DNA of 64,000 nucleotides from contig NC_068981.1 in assembly GCF_001194135.2 (NCBI RefSeq), forward strand, positions 158,775,607-158,839,606. Reading direction: 5' to 3'. This stretch comes from Octopus bimaculoides. Its lineage: Eukaryota. Under the pieces are notes generated by a model. It did not search any database. It had not been told where the DNA came from and worked only from the letters and a program-made list of their open reading frames with translations. How positions within the stretch are numbered: position 1 is the stretch's first letter; each line of letters starts with the position of its first letter. Made by a program: the position numbers and the translations under genes. Positions 11,628-24,780 of this stretch are shown piece by piece.

Positions 11628-12720
11628 CATCATCATCATCGTTTAACGTCCGCTTTCCATGCTGGCATGGGTTGGACGATTTGACTGAAGACTGGTGACA
11701 CCGGATGGCAACACCAGGCTCCAATCTAATTTGACAGAGTTTCTACAGCTGGATGCCCTTCCTAACGCCAACCACTCCGAGAGTGTAGTGGGGGCTTTTA
11801 CATGTCACCTGCACGAGGGCCAGTCAGGCGGTACTGGCAACAACCATGCTCAAAATGGTATCTTTTATGTGCCACCCGCACAAGAGCCAGTCCAGTGGCA
11901 CTGGCAACAATCTTGCTCGAAAATCCTATGAAGGCCAGTCAGGCGGTACTGGCAACGGCCACGCTCAAAATGGTGCATCCCATGTGCCACCCGCACAAGA
12001 GCCAGTCCAGGGGCACTGGCAACAATCTCACTTGGCTTGCCGGGTCTTCTCATGCACAGCACATTTCCAAAGGNNNNNNNNNNNNNNNNNNNNNNNNNNN
12101 NNNNNNNNNNNNNNNNNNNNNNNNNNNNNNNNNNNNNNNNNNNNNNNNNNNNNNNNNNNNNNNNNNNNNNNNNNNNNNNNNNNNNNNNNNNNNNNNNNNN
12201 NNNNNNNNNNNNNNNNNNNNNNNNNNNNNNNNNNNNNNNNNNNNNNNNNNNNNNNNNNNNNNNNNNNNNNNNNNNNNNNNNNNNNNNNNNNNNNNNNNNN
12301 NNNNNNNNNNNNNNNNNNNNNNNNNNNNNNNNNNNNNNNNNNNNNNNNNNNNNNNNNNNNNNNNNNNNNNNNNNNNNNNNNNNNNNNNNNNNNNNNNNNN
12401 NNGGTCACCCAGATAGCAGAAGCTATCGACTACCTCTAGTTTTTCTCCCTGGAATGAGATAGAAGTTGTTTCCTGTTTGTTTACAGTGTTTATTGCACCT
12501 GAACATCTGCCACATACAAAAACTAACTTCGTAGTTAATCTGCCTTTGATATTGCTGCACCTCTTATGTGTCCATAGCTTGCACCGGGTACATCTTATAG
12601 AGTTACTACCTACTCCTTTTCTACATACCGAGCAGGGCCATCTACCTGAAGGGGTTTGTGTTTTATCTACCTTCCTACTTATTAGGATTTTGGTTTTTGC
12701 TAGGTTGACTCTAATTATTA
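11628..12720 (-). mobile_element. 5'-truncated RTE LINE spanning an N gap; RT fragment contains a C4HC3 finger
   Basis: RVNLAKTKILIS..CSVCRKGVGSNSIRCTRCKLWTHKRCS..VCGRC..LEVVDSFCYLGD, then the same 3' UTR as 7113-7886. Confidence 0.85.
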
Positions 12721-13024
12721 TTCCATATTTACCTTAGAACTACATAGGATGCATTGTGAGCCATATGGTAGCTGAAGTGTACTGTGTCTATTTTATTGTT
12801 TATGTAAGGTTCAAAATTATTGACTAGTTACATTCTGGAAATAGCATGTAACTGTCTGGACATCTGTAAGTCAGTCAGTTTGATGTCCAGATTCTCTTAA
12901 ACTTGTCTAGAAGTTTGGATGTTGACTGCAATGGGAGCAGGTGTTGTAGATTCAATAATGAAAGTTGTCTTTGAATAACCTCTTTTCCCAACTAACTCTG
13001 TTTTAGATACATTGAGTTGTATTA

Positions 13025-13205
13025 AATTAATATCAACAGGGAAAGATCCAAAGAGAGAACTGTCAAAAAGAGATACACCTTATTTCTTTTTTCATTCACA
13101 GTTAGCTTATAAACGTTGTCTTTGTTGATGATGTTAACAGACAATGGGAGGAGGTGCATAGAATTCAAAGTACTTGGCACAGAGCATATTTTAAATCTAA
13201 TTTTC
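13025..13205. repeat. ~185-bp diverged direct repeat, copy 1
   Basis: Aligns by eye (~80%) to 14502-14690. Confidence 0.85.
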
Positions 13206-13282
13206 AATAAAATTTTATATAAATAAGATTCTGATGGTGCTGATTATGATTATATCTAAATTTAATGTGAAAATATTTCTCC

Positions 13283-13693
13283 AAGGGTGGGGTGTTTCGG
13301 AAAAATCACACTAGTTGGATTTGTTTCCTCATAACTTTCAGAAAAATGAATATTCTTGAATGAAATTTTCTACAAATACCTTTCAAAGTGTGTAGATAAT
13401 GATTATATCAGAATTTGATGTTGAAAAGAAAATTGGTGGACTCGTGCATATACATACTGATACACATCACAGTTTTTTTTTTCAAAGTTTCAAATTTCAT
13501 TTTATAGATATTTATTATGTGTGTCAGTACAAGCCCACAATTTTTTTTTTCTACATATTAATTTCCAACATAATCGTAATGTACACACTCTGAAAAGTAT
13601 TCAAAGAAAATTTCACAAAAAATTACTCATTTTTATGAAAGTTATGAGGAAACAAAGCTGACTTGTTTGAATTTTCTGAAACTCCTCTCAGGG
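13283..13693. mobile_element. Fold-back MITE with ~170-bp imperfect inverted arms
   Basis: tttgtttcctcataactttca at ~13318 is mirrored by tgaaagttatgaggaaacaaa at ~13636, with extended complementarity. Confidence 0.75.
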
Positions 13694-14501
13694 AAAAATT
13701 TTATAATCGTTATCTATACCATCTGAAGCGTATATGTAAAAAGTTTCATTTAAAAAAATCCATTTTGCTGGAAGTTCAAAAGACAACAAAATCGGTAGAA
13801 GGCATACTTGTGTAGGTATGCCAAAACTATGAAGTTATACAAATACTGTACAACACACAGAACAACAACAATTATTGTATAAAATTATTTTACGAAAGAC
13901 AGCCTACGTATATACAAAATGCACTCATATGTGCATTGAGTGATGTTTAAATATTTCATTAGGTTAGTAAGAATAGATAAGTATTATCTACAAAATATAA
14001 AAAATAAGTGCATTAACGTTAGATTTATTTTCAAAAGATACTGATCTTTTATCACTAAATTGTCCCAGATTTCAAGCAGTGTGATATTGCAAATTAAGAC
14101 AAATACTCACACAAATAACTACACTTAAAAAAAATAAACAAATACAATCATAAAGAAANNNNNNNNNNNNNNNNNNNNNNNNNNNNNNNNNNNNNNNNNN
14201 NNNNNNNNNNNNNNNNNNNNNNNNNNNNNNNNNNNNNNNNNNNNNNNNNNNNNNNNNNGTATATATTAGTTAACATATAAGTCCTATGTAAACATGAACT
14301 AGAACCATTGTTTTGAACGTGCATTGTAGCGCAGTCAGTAAGCGATATATAGATAAAGGATATAGCAAAGAAACTCTTGCTGCACTCAAATAAACCAACA
14401 TATTAATACACATACTTTACATACGTTGATATATATATATATATATATAGGAACATAAATCAACGTAAGTCAAGTGTTTTGGGTAACAGAAGAATTAATC
14501 A

Positions 14502-14690
14502 AATTAATGTCAACAGGGAAAGATCCAAAAGAGAATTGTCAAAAGTAGATAGATATCCCTTATTTCTTTTTTTCATTCACCGTTAGTTTATAAACATTGT
14601 CTTTGATTGTGATGTTGACAGGCGATGGGAGGGGGCGCATAAAATTCAAAGTACTTAGCACGAGACATATTTTAAATTAGAATTTTTAAA
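14502..14690. repeat. ~185-bp diverged direct repeat, copy 2
   Basis: Aligns by eye to 13025-13205. Confidence 0.85.
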
Positions 14691-14770
14691 ATAATGTACA
14701 TACAAAATACAATACTAACAACAAATGAGAAAAACTACAAGAACGAAAAAAATCAAACAGATGAGAGAAA

Positions 14771-14846
<76 letters not shown>

Positions 14847-15667
14847 GGGGGAGAGGGAGGGAGAGAGAGGGAATGTTATTGCTGGCGTATTGTTTATTCA
14901 TTTTCAAAGTGACTAAAGTTACTTCAACAACTTCAACAAACTAGCAATATTTTGCATCCATACATACACGCACATAAAACACGTTCAGAGAAAAGAAAGT
15001 TGTGAAAAGTTATTTCGAAGAACTGGTAGTACTGATCATAATTACAATATATACAAATATGTGTGTGTGTGCATGTATAAATATCTACATATTATTTACA
15101 TACATCTATATCTATATTTATATATATATATATATAGATATATATATAATCGCAACAAACAACAGCAACAGATACTGACGGGACAGTAAAAATAAACATT
15201 AATAATGATTTCTTTTGCTCAAGGGCAACAAAAAGTAAATAGTAAAAAGTGTAGTAATTATTGTAAGCAAGCATACAGATATATATGTATATATTTACAT
15301 TATATAAATATAAATATATATCTACATACATGAAATATTATGTACATTTATATACATTACTCAAATGGCAACAGATATTAATTGGAAAATAACAACACTA
15401 GTGACGATGATAGTATTTATAGTAAAGAAGTTGATTGAAGTTTGAAGTGGTGAAAGTTAAATAAAGGAAGATATAAAAACATAATATACTGTTATAAAGT
15501 TTATAAAAACTCAAAATCTATTCGTAACAAAAGTGATAACTAACAGAGAGAAAATTAAAATATTAGATAGCACATAAATACTGCTCTACGTGCTTTGATG
15601 AGATGACCACCAAAGCCAAACGTGCAACATTAAACAATTGGGTTAAATTTAAATGAGCCAAACTCAC

Positions 15668-15682
15668 CCCAACCGACGCCAT
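15668..15682 (-). CDS. Putative first coding exon (MASVG) of an unidentified minus-strand gene
   Basis: gagaagATGGCGTCGGTTGGG|GTGAGT: start codon in a YY1-type context with a consensus donor, directly downstream of two CCAAT boxes. Confidence 0.5.
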
Positions 15683-15780
15683 CTTCTCAAAATTGCGACT
15701 GGACTTAAACGAAAGCAGTCGTTTGATTGGTTGTTGTCGGTCATGAGCTAGTCGCCCCTACCGTTCTCATTGGTCACTCT
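15676..15780 (-). promoter_or_regulatory. Housekeeping-type promoter: YY1 motif (AAGATGGCG) plus two CCAAT boxes
   Basis: Plus strand shows cgccatctt at ~15677-15685, gattggtt at ~15725 and cattggtc at ~15768; local CpG enrichment. Confidence 0.55.
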
Positions 15781-17216
15781 CTTTCTCCCTCTCCTACTCA
15801 TTTTTTTTCTTTCTGCCGTATTACTCTTATTCGTATTAGGAATATGCACTCGTTTTCGTCTTGTTGTTGTTGGTAGTGCTATCTGTCTCTTAGTAAATAT
15901 TGTAAAGTTTTTTTTATGTAGTTTCTCAATTCCTATATCGCTATTCTAACTTGTTAGAGTTCTTAGTATACTTGGTATTTTTATCATGGAGTTATTCACA
16001 TAGGTATAGCAAAGAAAACCACTGATTTAACATCACAAACGTATATTTATTTTGACAGCATCTCATCTAAGCCATTACCTCATTGCTTCAATGTTTTCAT
16101 TTTACACATAACTATATTATATATACTTATATATTTAGTTAAGTTATCTCTGTATTTGTAGCCGCAACGAACTCTCTCTCCCTCATACAATTTATATATA
16201 TATATATATATTCGAGATTATTCTTGTCTATATACATTTATTTCTCTTTTTCTCACTTTAACTACAGACGTATGTATATAGTTATTTCCATAAATAGCTA
16301 TAACTAACCAAATGTTAGTAGGTACTTGAAAGTATTACCGACAGTTTTACCTAGTCGAATATACCACTTAGTATAACTATGTAGTGCGACAACGTTTGTA
16401 TCTTTAGGGTATATTTTTGTAATTGCTATTTAGTCTTCGGTTAGCTTTGAACATTCAAACACTTAAATCGGTACTAAAAATTATCCATCCCTCCTTTCTT
16501 TCTGGTGATGTCGATAATGGTTTTCTTTCGTAATTAGGTTCTCCATCATTCAAATTTAAGGTGCTTTCTGTTTATATATATTTGCATATTCATCAGTATA
16601 TGTATGTATATATCTTAAAGCTAATAGATAATATACATATATATATATCTTTAAGATAGCATAAGCCATGGACTCGGGGCCCCAAGCTTGGTGGGGGGTG
16701 TCTAACTCACTGAAGCTTGAAGTTAAAAATTGAAAAAAAAAATACGTTCACGGCAATCAAATAAATAATATATACTTTTTACTTCGTGAATTTTTTAAAA
16801 ATCCAATACAATTTTTAAATTATTGAGCCCTCTACTGATTTATTGGACTCTTAAAGCCGTTAAATTTAATTGAGTCCTCCTGAATCTACTGATATTAGTT
16901 ATTGAATTACAAGGTAATAGGAATAACATAACTTCCTTAGCTTACAGCTGTTTTTACTGTAAGAAGCAGTACCCTCAGCTGAGTGCATGTGCAACATATT
17001 ATAGCTTTGTCGTTAAAATGAAGTGTATATTCATTTGAGAACTGCTTCTCAAAATAAACATACTCTTAATTTTAAATGACTGAGGAAATTATAAGATATT
17101 GCACAAATACTCAGCTCTAAGTACACTGCTTTTTATGGCAGAAACAGTTGTAAGCTAGTGAAGTTGATTGCATAATTCCTGTTCACTTGTCATTCAATAA
17201 TTAATATTACTCTCTG

Positions 17217-17443
17217 TAAGGCTGCGACCTGGTAGAAACATTAGCACGCCGGGCGAAATATGCTTAGCGGTCTTTTGTCTGTCTTTACATTCTGAATTCA
17301 AATTCCACTGCGGTCGATTTTGCCTTTCATCCTTTTGGGGTCGATAAATTAAGTACCAGTTGCGTACTGAGATCAATCTAACCAACTGGACCCCCTCCCC
17401 AAAAATTTCGGGCCTTGTGTCTAGAGTAGAAAAGAATATTATT
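17217..17443 (+). mobile_element. tRNA-derived SINE (family A: ..ggcagaa..ttagcacgccgggcgaaatgcttagc..gagttcaaattcc)
   Basis: Near-complete copy; many paralogs in the window. Confidence 0.8.
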
Positions 17444-17473
17444 CTCTGTACTCACAAAATGCCTTTCTGTAAA

Positions 17474-17657
17474 TCATCATCATCGTTTAACGTCCGCTTT
17501 CCATGCTAGCATGGGTTGGACGATTTGACTGAGGACTGGTGCAACCGGATGGCTACACCAGGCTCCAATCTAATTTGGCAGAGTTTCTACAGCTGGATGC
17601 CCTTCCTAATGCCAACCACTCAGAGAGTGTAGTGGGTGCTTTTACGTGTCACCCGCA
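17474..17657 (-). mobile_element. RTE 3' tail fragment
   Basis: catcatcatcgtttaacgtccgctttccatgctagcatggg..; other copies at 21225-21325(-), 49072-49212(+) and 59230-59438(+). Confidence 0.8.
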
Positions 17658-19039
17658 TATGTATATTAAGTTCTCACAACTAGTTTTTAGTATCACTATG
17701 CCCAAGTGCAATTTTAATATATAAATATATATATATACATCTTTATCTTGTTTATAGAGGCAGAATGTATGTACATATGTGTATGTGTGTGTTTGTATAC
17801 ATTATAGATCATCATCATCATTTAACATTCATACTCCATGCTGATGTGGTTTGGATGGTTCAACAGAACCCAACTAGCTTGAGAGCTGCATTTGTCTCCA
17901 ATGTCTGCTTTAATACGGCTTCTATGGCTGGAGGCTCTTCCTCATACCAGCCACTTTTCAGAGTGTACTGGGTACTTTTCTCGTAACAACAGCTCTAATG
18001 AAGTCCCCAAGTGACTCGCAAGACCACTCTTGACAGAGCGGTAGTGTACTATCGAGGGGAATGGCTTTGTACCTGTTGTTACAAGTCTCAAGTATGAAAG
18101 AGGGACACAAACAGGTGTCTTTCTGTAGAGAAGATACATGGCTACCCAAGCATGAAAGGAAGAAAGGATGGAAACGTATCCAGGTACACCATCAAGGTAC
18201 AAGAAGTTTAATAAGTTTAAGGGAATAGGAGCAGAGAATCGAGGGTCACTGAGTGGGTAGATAGGTTTGTGAGAGTGTAAAAGAGTGATAGACAGTAGAG
18301 ATGAGAATAAAAATGAAAGCAGTGAATGGTGAACATGGATAGAGGAGTAGACAATTGTCTCAGTTTGAAGAGAATGTAAAGAAAACAGGAGTTGGTCATG
18401 GAGAAGGAGGTGGTAACACATGCATAAAAAGAAAGCAGGGTAGAAAACAACAGTACAAAAACAATTGTAGATGAGACATAGGGAGACAAGGTGAGGTCTG
18501 GGAGAGAGTGATGCACACTCACAGAGTAAGAGGTACATAAAGGTGGATATAGTGAGTTATGAGAAGGTGTTCAGGGAAAAGGGGTATTCGGTAGATATAT
18601 AGTGATAAGGGATGGTGTTGGGAAACAGGGATGAGTGAGAAGGGAGGTGGTCCCCAAAAGAGAGATTACTGATAGCACAAAATGGAGGAAGAAATATGTA
18701 CACTTCTGCTCCCATATATTTACAGCAGCTGAGAACAAGTGCCATAGTTACAGGAAGATGGGTTGCTGTGAAGGGTTCACAGGTACAGATTGGGTGCAGG
18801 GGCAGAGACATTAACAGTGTTTTTAGGACCTCATAGTATGTTAATTTATATTTATATAGTGCAAGTTAAGGAACAGAACAAGTCACTAGCATTTACAACT
18901 TTGTGTATTCTTTTTTTATTCCAAAAGAGAAAGCTGTGAAGAGAATTAGTGCTGTTAAGTCAAACTTCCTTGCTACTGTAATGCAACAGTCACAAAGTAC
19001 ACATTAAAAAAAAGAGAGACTGGGGAGTTAGATCTGAAA

Positions 19040-19900
19040 CTATTTATTGCATCCTTACACGTGTTTCAATGAAGCTTGTAAAGTTTGATTACATAAGCCT
19101 GGCCTGCACAATTTAAAATTAACTGGTGAATCTGCCAGTACTGACAAAGAGGCTGCTACTAAATATCCTGAATAGCTAAAATATGTTTGTTGAAGGGGGC
19201 AAGTATACAGTGTTGATGAAACTGTACTTTTCTATAAAGACACATGCCTGCTTGAGCTTTTAACATCAAGAAGAGACTTGAACATCAGGATTTAAAGCCT
19301 GCAAAAATTATTTGATGCTTCTTCTGGGAGGAAATGCTACTACTAGAGATATGAAATTAAAGCCCCCTTCTGATTTGACATTTAAATAAAAAGACATAGA
19401 TGACTGAGAGCTTTTTTGAAGAGTAGTATACAAACACTTTTTGTCCTACTGTAGAAAGGTACAGTTCCAGGCATATTTAAAACAAGACATTGCTCATTTT
19501 AGACAATACATCAATTAAATGAACTCAAATGAGCTTTCTGATAGCATAAGAGTAAAATATATCCTCAAGAATAAATCTTCTTTGCTCAAGCTAATGGATC
19601 AAGATGTGATAGCTAACTTCAAGGCACATTATCTGAGACAAATTTTCAAAACTTATGAAAGCAATTGATAGGGAGAGTAAACTACAGTTAGAGACTTCTG
19701 AAGAAAGTTCAAGAGAATGGACACTGTGGATAACATAAGTGAGTCATGGGATGAAGTGAAACCCTCAAATATGAATGGCACTTAGAAAAATATATGGTCA
19801 GACTGTATCTCTGACTTTATAAGTTTTCCACATCAAATTCAGAAAGATACTGTGAAATTTGAAAATGCTATATGGCTTGAAGTTACAGAGGATGTGGTTG
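19040..19900 (+). mobile_element. Degenerate Tigger/pogo DDE transposase remnant
   Basis: GESASTDKEAA..YP, QVYSVDETVLFYK, LLLGGNA..D.KLKP, LMDQDVIANFKAHYLRQ, with stops and frameshifts. Confidence 0.75.
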
Positions 19901-20604
19901 ACATGGTTAGTGTCCCACAGAGAATGTTCATCTCGAAAGCAAGTTGAGAATACAGATGAGAATATGGAAATTCTACCAACTCAATTTAAATAGACTACAA
20001 AAAATATTGCTAAAGGGTTGGTTTTTACCACAGAATGGATGCAAAATTTTGCTAGTGATAATTTTAATTGTGAATGTAATGAAAACAAGAGCACTCAGAG
20101 AGCACAAACCTCTGCCGAAGGCAACACCAACGTCTTCTCAACAATTAACCGGAGATGATTTTTAAAAAGAGAAAATCTTAAATAAAATCCTTCAATGAAT
20201 ATCATGAGACCTTTTGGTTTTGTCTTCTCTTAAAGTCCAGTCTGCCTTTAGTAATCCTGTTGTTTTAGATCGAGGTATAGAATTATGTATATATGTAAGT
20301 ATACTGTAAAGTGTTAAAATGTATGTATAATCTCCTAATATAATAATGGGTGTTGTCTTTTTATATATTTGTGTATATATGTATATATATATTTGAAGTA
20401 GAGCCAGAGTGAGAGGTGTAGGTAGAGGAGATAAATGACAAAGAGAGAGTTGTGCGAATGAGAAAGGAAGGTGTGATAGATGAATAATGAAGAATGGAGT
20501 GAAAAAGCCAATAAACGGCATTTGAAGTGTGAGTATATGTGTGTATGTGTGTGTATACAAGAGAACTATGTGAAACTTTACACATACATGTGAAGTAAAG
20601 AAAA

Positions 20605-20810
20605 TATAAAAAATAATCCAGAATCCTTGTCCGGTACCAGATCAATCCCCAAATCTAATCAGTTTGTGCCAGTCATGAGGCCAAACTTTCCTGAAGGTTT
20701 CATCCAAATCCATCCACCAGTTCTTGAGATATCTTGTCCACGGACAGACAAACAAACAAACAAACACGATTGAAAACAATACCACTGCCTTTGCTAAGGC
20801 AGAGGTAATT
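20605..20810 (+). mobile_element. Helentron-associated (DINE-1/HINE-like) non-autonomous end
   Basis: tttcatccaaatccatccaccagttcttgagatatc, (CAAA)n microsatellite and a short terminal hairpin ctgcctt-tgct-aaggcag followed by aggtaat. Confidence 0.6.
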
Positions 20811-21138
20811 ACAAAATTTACAATAAGCTCAGTTCCTACAGAGAGATGAAATGTCATAAACATCAAACAATTTTATTTAAGTTCTTCGCCACTCAAGCAG
20901 AAGATAATGATGATAGTGTCCCTCACTCTCCATGGCTAAGTGGCTAAGAAATTTGCTTCCCAACCACATGGCTTTAGCTTCAGTCCTACTACATGGAATG
21001 TACATCTTCCACTATAACTGAACAAAGCCTTGTAAGTGGTTTTGGTAGACAGAAACTGAAAGAAGCCTGTTATATGCATTTATGTGAGTGTGTGTATGTC
21101 CTTGTCTTGATATTGCAGGATAATTGTTTCAGAAGTTG

Positions 21139-21214
<76 letters not shown>

Positions 21215-23059
21215 CATAATTATCATCATCATCATCATCATCATCATCGTTTAACGTCTGCCTTCCACGCTAGCATGGGTTGGACGATTTGACTGAGGAC
21301 TGGCGAACCAGAAGGCTGCACCAGAGAGAGAGATACATATATGTATGCGTGTGTGTACAAGCAAATGCGCGCATGTGTGTGCATAGATAGATAGATAGAT
21401 AGATAGATTTATTTTCCATCAAGCACCCTCTTAGATTACCTTCCCTCTATGAATCCCATCTCTTCATCATTTGCAGTATTCTCTCCCAAGTTATCTCCAT
21501 TGCCACCCAATACCTTCTCTTTATCTCACCACCTGCCCTTATGGTTTTTTCTTTTCTCAACTGCTCTCCCTACCTTTCTCTTCCACCATCCTCTTTCCAC
21601 TGCCTTCCCATCCGGGAGTAACTGATTCTCAAAGAAAGAAAGAAAAAGAAAGAGAGAGAAGGCAGAAAATTGACTGCTGGTACTTTATTTCATTGAACCT
21701 CTAGAAGGATGAAAGGCAAAGTTCACCTTGGTACAATTTGAATCCAGAACAAAATGAACATATGCCACAAATTATTTATCTGATACCCTAATGATTCTGC
21801 CAATAGATTGCAGTATTCAATGTGACTTTTTTTTAAGTGCAGGGAACAGAAACTCGCTCGTGCTGTAGCCACCATGGAATCTCCTTTCTGTTTACTGCGG
21901 AGAAAATCAGTGTTACAATTCAGATGAACTACCTTATCAAACTCATTGAGTTTAGTCTACTCCCATAAAAGTAATGTGGTATCCATGCAAGACAGAGCAC
22001 TGTCGATATGGTATTTGCTGCAAAGTAGTGGCAGGAGAAATGCCAAGAACACCATAAAGATCTCATCATAATCATCATCCTCATTTAACATCTAGCTTCC
22101 ATGTTATCATGGATTGGATGAAACAACAGGATCTGACAAGTTGAAGGACTGCGTCATGCTCCAATGTCTATTTTGGCATGGATTTCAACAGTTGGATGCT
22201 CTTCCTAACACTTTTAACTTTAAAATGTACTGAATGCTTTTTTGTGACCCCCAGCACAAGATTGTCTTAACTTGAATGGCTATGGGCTTAAAGCGGAAGG
22301 ATGGGGGTGGATAAGTAAGGTGAGAAGAGCAAATCTAGAGTTGTGTTAGTGGGGAGAGTAACAATAGTCAAGTAGTTACCAATTAGTCAAGTATGGCAGG
22401 TGAAGGGATTAGTAACAGAGGTCATTGAGAAAAGAGGAGAATAGAGTAGAAAGGCGATAGAGTAGGTTATACATTGGGAGGTCTAGGGCTACCCTACATT
22501 ATAAGGGCAGGCATGAACAGAAAATGTTGGGGAAGGGGACAGGAAGAGAGCAATAGACTAGAGTGAAGAGGAATTCTGAGAGAGTCATCAAGGGAAGGAG
22601 AAGTGTGGGGGCAGGCCAGAGGAGGACAGATGAGAAGGGATGTTCAGAAGGTGGAGAAGCTGTGGGTAGAGGACAGTGAGAGAAAATTAGGCAGAGGGTG
22701 ATGAAGCAGTGGACGAGTGAGACACTGGAAGGTACCATGGAGGTAGGGAGAAGAAGAGCAGAGAGTAAATACTGTGAAAGCAACCCATGTGGTGAGGCAA
22801 TGGAGAGATCTTCATTTGGGAAAGCAGTGGAGAAAAGGATGGCAAGAGGGAAATAGTGAATAGCAGTAGTGAGTGCTGTGGGGGTAAAGAAAGAAGTGAA
22901 AGGACAGGTGGCAAGATAAAGAGGAGGCATTGAATAGCAATGGAGGTAATGAAGAAGAGAATACTGCAAATAATGAAGAAATAGGAGCCATAGAGTGGGG
23001 AATATAAGGTGGACTTGGAGGGGGTAAAATTTATACGTACATATATAACAACTTTTTAA

Positions 23060-24100
23060 ACACTAACCTTGTGTTAAGGTGCATTTTACCATGAGTAGAT
23101 GATTCTTTTGTATATCACCAGTCAGTACAATCCTTTTGTCATCTCATTCTTAAAATGTAGGATATTTACCACTTTGACACAAGTATTCCTTGATCTCCCG
23201 CTTTCACAAGTTCCAGTAACTTGGAGTGTTCAACATTTTTGTACGTAGCAGTCATCCTCCATTACATACTGATACCATTTTTTCTGTTAGTCTACCTGTG
23301 ATATTACTACAACTACACCTCTTGTGGGTTCATTGCTTACATTTGACATAGCATATGGAGTTTATAGCTACTCATTTTCTGCATACTGAGTGAAGTACTT
23401 CCCACATGGTACCGGAGTCTTGGCTTGTTTTCTATACCTTGAGGTCTTTCAATTCTAGATTTAGCTTCCATACCTGGAATCTCCTAATTCCATTATAGAT
23501 TTAGCTATGAGAACTAGATTATTAGCACATAAGAGTTCCCTTTGATGGCCTGGAGGACTGATCCTTGATGAACTTAGACCTTCACACTAAATTCATTGCT
23601 AAAATCATTGTTCACATTTACTGCATCTTTGTACATAGCTTGTACAGCCCTCACAAGCCATTTGTCTATACCTAATTTTCTTAGTAACCACCAACTTACT
23701 GAATGTGCTTCCCTGTCAAATGTTTTCTTCAAATCAACAAATTCCAGGGATAACAGTTTACTTTTAACTAAATACTTCTCCTATAGTTGCCTCACTAGGA
23801 AGATTACATCCATGGTACCTCTGCCAAACACGAAACCAAACTGCATCTCATCTAAGTTTACTCTATTACAGACTAATTATGCTATGACTCTCTCTGTGAT
23901 CTTCATAACTTGATCTAACAATTTAACTGCTCTATAATTTCCTCTCTCTAAGGCATTTCCTTTGCCTTTATAGCAGTCATTGTGTATGACACCTGTATTT
24001 TGATTACCTGTCCAGGTGGTTATCATGTATCCTACCTCATCAAATATTTTAAGCATTTCTCAAACTATCTCTGATGGTCCAGTAGCTTTTCCCTTCATAC
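23060..24100 (-). mobile_element. Degenerate RTE reverse transcriptase
   Basis: RVNLDEMQFGFV.GRGT.DVIFLVRQL.EKY, FVDLKKTFDR, RKLGIDKWLVRAVQAMY. Confidence 0.8.
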
Positions 24101-24780
24101 CTTAATCACTTTATCTACCATACTACAGTCAACATGGATTGCGGATCCTTCTGTAAGGTCAGCAAGAGGGAGCCTCTTCATCCAATGCGTTCTCTACATT
24201 CAACAGCTTCTCATAACAGCACTATACATGACATTTATTGATTTAATCAAGGCAGTCTACATTTATCGTGAAGGTCTTTTGAAAATTATGTCTAAATTTG
24301 GATAAATGTACCAGCATTGTCAGACAGTTTTATGACGATACAATGGTTTGTGTTCTGGTGAAATATAAGCAGACTTTCCTGTCAGTGATGGTGTGAAACA
24401 AGAGTGTGTACTAGCACCAAAATCATTTAATATGATGTTTCCTGCAATGTACAAATGCTTTTAATGATAATCCTCCATGTGTTCACATCCTGTACAGACT
24501 GAACAAGTGGTAGACCTCACAGTCTTGCACCCTTGAAAGCAGTCACCGAAGTCTAGACCAACAATATTCCTGATCTTATCTTTGCAAATAATTGAATATT
24601 AAGTGGCATACAACAAAGCAGGGATAGGTTCTTTGTGGTTTGCACCAACTTTGGGCTGACCATTAGCACCAAAAAGCTTTAATGTATCAACACTCACAAG
24701 GTTATGAGTATACAGAGTCAAAAATCATTATCAAGAATATCTGTCTCCAGGAAGTAGAAAAGCTCCTCAAACTTACTGTA
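24100..24780 (+). mobile_element. Degenerate RTE/BovB-like reverse transcriptase
   Basis: LYMTFIDL.KA, KIMSKFG, FPVSDGVKQECVLAP..FN. Confidence 0.7.

Noticed and set aside
17942-18811. 198-aa and neighbouring L/S/F-rich ORFs (also 22499-22969)
   Set aside because: They are stop-poor antisense shadows of purine-rich repeat sequence with no domain motifs.
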